From Cyanophora paradoxa CCMP329 (Eukaryota; Plantae; Glaucophyta): a stretch of DNA of 64,000 nt. The DNA lies in contig QPMI01000496.1 in NCBI GenBank assembly GCA_004431415.1, forward strand, positions 62,001 through 126,000, in the 5' to 3' direction. The number at the start of each line of letters is the position of its first letter. The stretch's first letter is position 1. Under the pieces are notes generated by a model, which was not told the DNA's origin, made no database searches, and saw only the letters and a program-made list of their open reading frames with translations. Positions 56,650 through 64,000 of the stretch are shown here, piece after piece. Made by a program: the position numbers and the translations under genes.

Positions 56650-59600
56650 ATGTCAGGCGCCGGTGCTAAGAGCGGCACCGGCGCGCTAATGCGCTCCAGC
56701 TCTAATGTAGGGACGAGCCGGCCAGTTTCAGCGGGCATGAACAGCAGCGCCGCCCCTCCTCCCCACGGGGCTGGAGAACGCCGCAACAGTTTGGCAGACA
56801 ACGCCCGCGGGGTTAGGATATGGTGGAAGGAGAAAGTCCGCATGCACCTTGGCCCCGAGGAAGCGGCCTTCTCTGGCTTCCAAGTGCGGCGGCCAGGCCC
56901 CTACAGCTTATCTAAGCTAAAAAGAGCTCACTTGGCCCGCCCCGCAGAAGCAACTGTCGTTCAGAAGAGCCAGGCAAGCTGGGGACTGGAGCGGGCGCGG
57001 GTGCTCGGCCAGCCGCTGACGTCCCCCGCAGGTTGATAGCAACAGTTCTCTCGATTGCTTGTGTGCCTACATGCGCCTATTTGGCATTCTATTTGCCACG
57101 CATTACATCCGTGGAGTCTCTTGGCACCTCCACGTGCGAACCCCCGCGGGCCGCGGGCGCCCGCGCCGCGCTAAGCCGCTCACGGATGCTCAGATCCATC
57201 AAGGTTGACCGCGAGAACACTCATGTGTTCACCGCCGTCCTCTTCGGCTTCTGCGGGTGTGCAGCGTGGGGCTGGTACCGCCGCGCCAGCTCACAGGGCG
57301 CCTGCGGCAGTGTTGTGGCGGTCCTCTACGGCATTACTTTCTTTTTGGGCTTCCTCCGGAAGCAGTGGCAGATGACGGCCATGATTTCTTTGCTCCTTGG
57401 CCAGGCCTTTTCGCAGTACTTCTTCACGGTCTGCTGCCCCCGTCCGGGGCCCGGGGCGCGCACTACGCTGCTTCTGACAGCTCGTCACCCCAGTCCGCCT
57501 ACGCCATGCCCGCGGTGCACGTCCTGTGCTACTCCGTGTCCGGCTCTCTGGCAATACAGGGCTTCCGGCTGCCCTGGCTCTACGTGATGATAACGCAGGC
57601 GAGCCGGCTTGCTGTCTAAGCATCCTGAATGCGCTCCGAGCGCGTGCGCAGGGAACCTCAGCCATCTCCTTCATCGTCCAGGTCGCGCTGCGTCCGGTGC
57701 GTTGCAACTCGCTGCTCCGGCCCGGCCCGCCAAGCGCTGACCGTAGCTTCGCAGGACATTCGCGATATGCCGGTGACCGTGGCCGCGCTCGCTCGCGCCC
57801 CGGCTACGCCGCGCTGAACGCCCCGCAGGACTACGGCATCTCGCTTATCCTAGGCGGCATGATGATGGTGGGCTCCTTCTCCTCTCGCGCGAGGCTCGCC
57901 GGCTAATCGTCCACGCGCCAGTTCATGATGCTCGCGTCGAGCTACGAGCACGAGCGGGAGCTCCGGAAGGAGTTTGCGCGGGTCGTCGCGCTGGAGCGCA
58001 ACCTGAACGACGTGCGCATCCAGAACGAGCGCCTCACGAACGAGGTCGGTTCCTCCAGCTCTCTCTTTCTCTCCGTCCCTCCCCCCCCCGTCCCTCGGTT
58101 GAGTTCAGCCCAGGTGGACGGCTGGCGCTCGTTCATGATGCGGGACCTGCCCGACCTCTCGAGCCCGCTGGAGAACGCGCTCGGGATCCTGCGGACGCAG
58201 CTGGAGTCGAACCTGCGCGAGAAGCGCCTGGACGACGCCACGCGCCTCGCCGACGCCATCCGGTCCGCTGGGGGGCCCCTCTCCGCCCCCGCGCCGCGCC
58301 GACTGACGCCCGGGCGGGCGGGCGGGCAGGTACCTCCTCTCCACGACGAACCTGAACGCGCCGGACCTGATCAGCGACATCAAGGAGGGCACGAGCAGCG
58401 TGGAGAAGTCCACCGCCGACTGGCTCCTCCAGCAGATCGTCGACCCGCTCCAGCGGCGGGACAGGGACCCCAAGGCGTACCCCTTCGCCGCGGCGCCGGG
58501 CGGCAAGAAGGGCGACGCGTTCGGCCCGTCGCGCTCGGCGAGCATGCTGCAGCCGCCGCGGCGCTCGGTGGACCAGGGGACGGGCGGCGCCGCCGTGGCG
58601 ATGCGCGCGAGCCTGCCCGGCGTCGTCGAGGGCGAGCGCGAGGGCGGCAGCGACGCCCTCTCCACGCCGCTCATGGGCCCGCTCTCCCCCGCCGTCCCCG
58701 TCCCCGAGGCCCTCGCCGAGGTGCCGCCCCGCGCCGCCCCGCGCCGCCGCCTCGTGCAGTGCCGAGCTGCTCCCGGCAGGAGGACGCGGTGCGGGACGTG
58801 CTGCGGTTCGCGGACTCGTGGGAGAACTTCGACGTCTTCCGCCTCGCCGACCTATCCCGCGAGCGGCCCCTCCAGGTCCTCTCCCTCGAGCTCTTCCGCC
58901 GGTCCGCCCCCCACGAGCCGCTGCTGCCGGCGCCCCGCCCCGCCCCGCACCGCCCCGCCTCACCCCGCCCCGCCCCGGCGTCGCCGGCAGGCACGGGATC
59001 GTGGAGACGTTCAACCTGGAACCGCGGCGCCTCTCCAAGTTCCTGGAGGTGATGGAGAACGGGTACAAGCAGACGCCGTACCACTCCCGCACCCACGCCG
59101 CCGATGTCCTCCAGGCGTGCCGGCCGCCCGCACCCCTCGCCTCGCCCTCTTGCTGACCGGGCCTCGCCCTGGGGCAGGGCGTGCACTTCCTGCTGACGAG
59201 CGGGAACCTGCGCTCGCTCCTCCGCGACATCGACATCTTCGGTGCGCCCGCCCGCCCGCCCGCCCGCCCGCCCGCCCGGCTCGCGTTCGTTCGGGGCTAG
59301 CCGCAACTGCCTGGTCCCCTCCTCGAGCGGGGCCTGACGGGCGGGGCGGCAGCGCTGCTCTTCTCGGCGATCATCCACGACTTCGAGCACACGGGGCGCA
59401 ACAACGCCTTCGAGTGCGCCACCTCCTCCGAGCGCGCCCTCCTCTACAACGACCGGTGCTGCCCGCCCGCCCCGCCCCGCCCCGCCCCGCCGCGCGCGAG
59501 GGGGCCGGCGCGCTGACGCCGGCGGTGCGGGGCCTGCCGGGCAGCTCGGTGCTGGAGAACGTGTCGGCGTCGCGCTGCTTCGCGCTGCTGCGGGACCCCG

Positions 59601-61251
59601 AGCTCGACATCCTCGACGGCCTCTCCAAGGCCGAGCGCCAGGCCCGCCCGCCCCGCCCGCCCCGCCCGCCCCTCTCCCTTCTTCTCCTCCTTCTCCCCGC
59701 CCCGCCTTTCTTCTCCTCTTACTGTGGCGCGGCCCCGCAGGACTTCCGCAAGTGCGTCATCGCGATGGTCCTCGCGACGGATCTCACCGCCCACTTCGAC
59801 CAAGTGGTCCGCTCCGCCCGCCGCCCCCTCATCTGATCCTTTCTGTTTAGTTCCTCGTTTCTGAGCGGGGCGGGGCGGCGGGGCAGGGCATCTACAAGGC
59901 GAAGATCCTGCCGAGCTCGAACATCCCGGTGGTGCCGCCGGGGGCCTCGTCGCGGCCGGCGAGCCCCGGCGGGGAGGAGGGCGCCCCGACGCCGACCCCC
60001 GAGGAGCGCCAGATCCTCCTCAACATGGCCCTCAAGGTGCCTCCGACCCGCCCCGGCCCCGGCCCGGCCCGGCCCGGGCCCACCCGCGGGCAGGTGGCGG
60101 ACCTAGGGAACGCGGCGCGGACGGAGGCGCTCCACCTCGAGTGGGTCCACCGCGTCATGTCCGAGTTCTTCCTCCAGGTCCGAGGCGGGCGCCGGGTCCG
60201 GCCCCTGGAGCCGGCCTCTGAGGGGAGGACGCAGGGCGACGACGAGCGCTCCCTCGGCCTCAACATCTCCCCCTACTGCGACCGCCAGACCGACCAGACC
60301 CCCAAGTGCCAGGCACGCCCGCGCCCCCGCCCGCGCCCGCGCCCGCCCCCGCCCGCCCGCGCGAGCGGGCCGCCTCGTGGACCTTCGCTCCTGACCCCCC
60401 TTCCTCCCCCTCTTCTCCTCTTCTCCCCCGCAGATCGGTTTCATGGAGTTCCTGGCGCTCCCGCTCTTCTCGGCGTGGTCGCAGAAGTTCCCCGGGGCGG
60501 CGCCCATCGCCCGCCACACGGAGACGAACCGGCGCCACTGGCAGCAGGTCCAGCAGGCCCAGGGCGACCCCGGCGGAGGCGGGGGCGGCGGGGGCGGCGG
60601 CGGGCCGCCCAAGGACCACCACCGCGCGAACAGCGTCGTGGGCGCCCGCAACAGCGTCGTATCCGTCCAGTCCTCGCACGGCGGCGCGCGGGAGGCCTCC
60701 ATAGCGCCCGGCGGCCCCGCCGCGGAGGCGGCCCGCGCGGCGACGGCGACGGCGGCGGCGAGCGGTGGGGCGGGGGCGGCGGCGGCGGCGGTGGGGGGGG
60801 CGGGGGCCAGCCCGGGCAGCCCGGGCAGCCCGGGGTGACGGTGGTCAACATCGAGGGCTCGGGGCAGGGCCTGCCGGTGCCGCCGGGGTACGCGCCCGGC
60901 CTCGGCGAGCGCCTCGCGCCCCCGCCTGAGTCGCCGCTCCAAAGGGCCGGGACAGCCCAGTCCGCCGGATCCGCCTCCACCATCCTCGCCGGCTCGCCCC
61001 AGCAGTCCGCCCGGAGCAACTCCATACCCCCCGCAGCCCCCGGAGCGCCCATCCCCCGCCCAACCGCGTCCACCCGCCGGCAGCTGACCCCCGCGCGCCG
61101 ACCCCCCCCCCCCCCCCCCGCTTCCCCCCTCCCCCTCGGGTCCTACTCCGACTCGCCCCCGCGACTCGCCTGCGCCCCTCCAGACCTCTCCCCCTGGCCC
61201 GCCCTCGCGGCCGCCCTCCCGCACGCCGCGCATTTAATTTGTACCATGTAG
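56650..61251 (+). CDS. Membrane-anchored class I 3',5'-cyclic nucleotide phosphodiesterase (3' end approximate)
   Basis: N-terminal multi-TM region and coiled coil, then PYHSRTHAADVLQ, SAIIHDFEHTGRNNAF, LYNDR|SVLEN, VLATDL, ALK|VADLGN, EFFLQ|GDDER and KCQ|IGFMEF. Confidence 0.95.
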
Positions 61252-61301
61252 TAGTGCATATCCAGTATTCCAGCATATGTAATATTTGAAGGATATTTCA
61301 G

Positions 61302-64000
61302 TCAGCTGTAGAGCCAGTTGTAGAGCTTGGCTTTGAAGCCGACGATGGGCGGGTACCTGCAGCGCGCCCGATGTCGATGAGGGGCACCGCACTCGGCAAG
61401 GAGGGGGGGGGGGGAAGACTGAGGGGGGTACCGCACCGGACGTCGGGGTCGACGAGCGTGGAGCAGGAGGCGACGCTTTTCCGGTTCGAAAAGGCGTCGA
61501 AGCCGTACTAGCGGAGCAGCCGGGAGCGTCCGTCAGGGCCGGGCAGGGGTACGTGCGCAGAGCGCGCGGCCGGGTACGCATGCGCGTACGGACCTTGCGG
61601 TGGTACTGCCCGATGCCGGAGGGCCCTGCGGGGGCACAGATTCGTCGGCAGGGCGAGCTCCCCGGGCCGCGAGGCTAAGGAAAGGGCCGCACCGACGCCG
61701 CCGAAGGGCAGGTTGGGGTTCGAGACGTGCATCTGCGGCGCGCGCCGCGGCCCGCGGGTCGCCCGCAGAAGAACAAAGGAGAGACTAGCGGGCCGGAAGG
61801 AGGGAGGGGGCGGGGGCGGACCATGCAGTCGTTGACGTCTGCGGGGGACCGGGCACGTCAGCCGGGGCGGGGCGGGGCGGGCCGGCAGAGGGGCGGAAGC
61901 GGGCGCGGCCCGCACCGACGCCCCCCGATGAGGTCTCGCGAAGGAACCGCTCCTGCCCGGGGCTCAGACGCAGCGGCGCATCCGTTCGGGGGTACGCGGA
62001 CGCGCCTGGTTCGCCTTGCTGGAGGTGAAGACGTACGCTGCCGGGGGGTACGGGGTACGGTCGGCGGCGCGGCGCGGGCGGGGCGGCGGGGGCGCCGGGG
62101 CACCGGCGAGGGGCTTGGGCCGGTCGTTGATGAAGTCGATGGCCTCCTGCGCGAAGGGGCCAGCCGGCGTCAGGCGGGGCGGGGCGTCAGGCCGGGCCGC
62201 AGGGGGCCCGGGGGCCCGGGGACTCGCACGTCGAGGGTCTGGTAGGGGATGACGGGGAGCGCGGGCCCGAAGATCTCCTCCTGCATGCACTTCGCCCCCG
62301 CCGCCGCCCCTGCCCGCCCCGCCCCGCCCCGCCGCCTCGGGCCGGGCAGCGAGTGCGCGGGGCGGGCCGGGGCGGGCACGTGTGTCGGGGAGGGCGAGGA
62401 TGGTGGGGGCGAGGTAGCGCGCCGCCTCGTCGTGCTGGCCCCCGTGCTCCACCTGCGGGGACGCCCCAGCCGCAGCCCGCGTCGGCATCGGCTTCCCGCG
62501 GCATCCGAAGGGGCCCGCGGGCCACGCGCCTTGGCGGCGGGGTCGTCGATGAGGCCCCGGAGCCGCGCGAGGTGCCGCCCCGTCACGATCCGCCCGTAGT
62601 CCTGCCGGAGGGCTCGAGGGGTTAGGGGGGAAGGGGGCGGGGGGGGGGGTACGCGCACGTTCGAGGCCTTCGGGTCCTCCCCGAACATCGCGACGACCGC
62701 CGCCTGCGGGCGGGGGATACGGAATCGGCCAAGAGGCGCCGGGGGTACGGGGATGGTCTGGGATGGAGGGGGGTACCTTGATTCCCTCGACGAGGGCGTC
62801 CCGCCGGGAAGCGTGCACCAAGACCTGCGCGAAGCGGAGTACGGCGGTTAGGACGGGGGTACAGGTAAGAAAGGGAGGCGGCGCCGCGCACGTAGTCCGG
62901 GGCGATGCAGATCTGGCCCGTGTTCATCGCGAAGCGCCCTGCCGGGAGGGGCTCGGTCGGCTCGGGCCCGGCCAGAGAGGACCCAAGAACAGAACGAGCG
63001 GAGTGAAGCTAGCAGTCGCTAGCTTCAATCCCAGGGGCCAGGCAGCGCGCCCCCACTAGCTGGCCCCCCGCCCCGCCCCCGCCCGGGCTCTGCGCACCCC
63101 AGGCGATGCGGCGGCAGGCGACCCGCAGGTCCGCCGTCTCGTCCACCAGCGCCGGACTCTGCGGCGGCGGCGGCGGCCGGAGCTCAGAGCGAGGAACGGG
63201 GATGGAGGCGGGGGGCAGGGTGCGGGGCGGGCCTTGCCGCCGAGCTCGAGGGTCACGGGTACGAGGTTCTCCGCCGCCGCCTTGTACACCTGCGGGGCCG
63301 AGGCCGGCCGGGCTCTCGTCATCAGCGGGGGCGGGGGCGGGGCCCCTCGGTTTAGAGACCCGCCGCAGTCCCCGCACCTCGCGCCCGATGGCGGTGCCGC
63401 CCGTCTGCGGCGGTGCGTAAGCAAGGCGCAGGGGCGAGCGAAGACAAGGGCGGGGGCGGGGCCGGGGCCGGCGCGCGAAGAAGATGTGGTCGAAGGGGAG
63501 GGAGCAGAGGGCGCGGGACGCGGCGGGGCCGCCCGAGACCACGCGGAAGCACTCCGCGTCCATGTACCTGCGCATGCCGCGTGGATGGCCGAGGCGGAGG
63601 CGAGGAGCTCGAGGGAAGCTTTGCTCAAGCAGCTTTTAGCTAGGGTCAGAGCCGCGCGCACTTGGGGACGAGCTCGGCGATGAGCGCGGCGCACGTCTCC
63701 ACAACCTGCGCGGAGGGAGGGAGGCGAGGGGGGAAAGGGGGGTACGTCTCAGCTTCCAGGGGGCGGCGGGGAGGGCCCGGGCCGGGCCGGGCCGGCGCGG
63801 GTGCGGCGGCGTGGGCGCCTCGGAAGGCTTGAGGACGACGCAGTTGCCGGCGGCGATCGCCGACGCGAACGGCTGCATCAGGAGGAGGAAGGGGTAGTTC
63901 CTTCCCGAGGGGGCGCGGGGCCCGGTCAGGGTCAGTCGGTCGGTCGGTGGGGGCAGGGGAGGGCGAGGGCGAGGGGGGTACGACACCAGGGCCCGATGAT
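61302..64000 (-). CDS. ALDH3: Aldehyde dehydrogenase family 3 (fatty aldehyde dehydrogenase-like); 5' part lies beyond the right edge
   Basis: Motifs PW|NYPF, AIAAGNCVVLKPSE, FDHIFF|TGG, VTLELGGK|SP, NTGQICIAPDY, EEIFGP, RPKPLA and LPFGGVG|PSGIG. Ends RYPP...YNWLYS*. Confidence 0.97.

Overview
Gene-dense, intron-rich, very GC-rich eukaryotic nuclear DNA, so the ORF track shows only exon fragments. I assembled the gene models by hand from GT/GC-AG junctions and protein motifs; some end coordinates are approximate. The source is most likely a flagellated primary-plastid alga of glaucophyte (Cyanophora-like) type. This is an inference from a phosphoribulokinase with an N-terminal-Phe transit peptide, no signal peptide and a short red/glaucophyte-type clamp loop, together with a flagellar-type gene. 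There are about 19 protein genes: RdRP (RDR, cut by the left edge), four F-box proteins, PRK, 2-oxoglutarate dehydrogenase E1, an ENOD93/Rcf2-like membrane protein, a triple beta-helix protein, a hybrid histidine kinase, an ABCG transporter, a flagellar-associated protein, a PPR-like protein, a tetraspanin, a membrane cyclic-nucleotide PDE, an ALDH3 (cut by the right edge), one larger unknown and two small spliced orphans. I found no rRNA, tRNA, CRISPR array or intact mobile element, and no single clear multi-gene novel system. The most unusual signals are a very high rate of GC-AG introns, an adenylyl-cyclase-like membrane module on both a His kinase and a PDE, altered catalytic motifs (PDE ENHH to ENVS, ABCG D-loop, tetraspanin CSG), pervasive tandem palindromes in non-coding DNA, and very tight head-to-head gene pairs.
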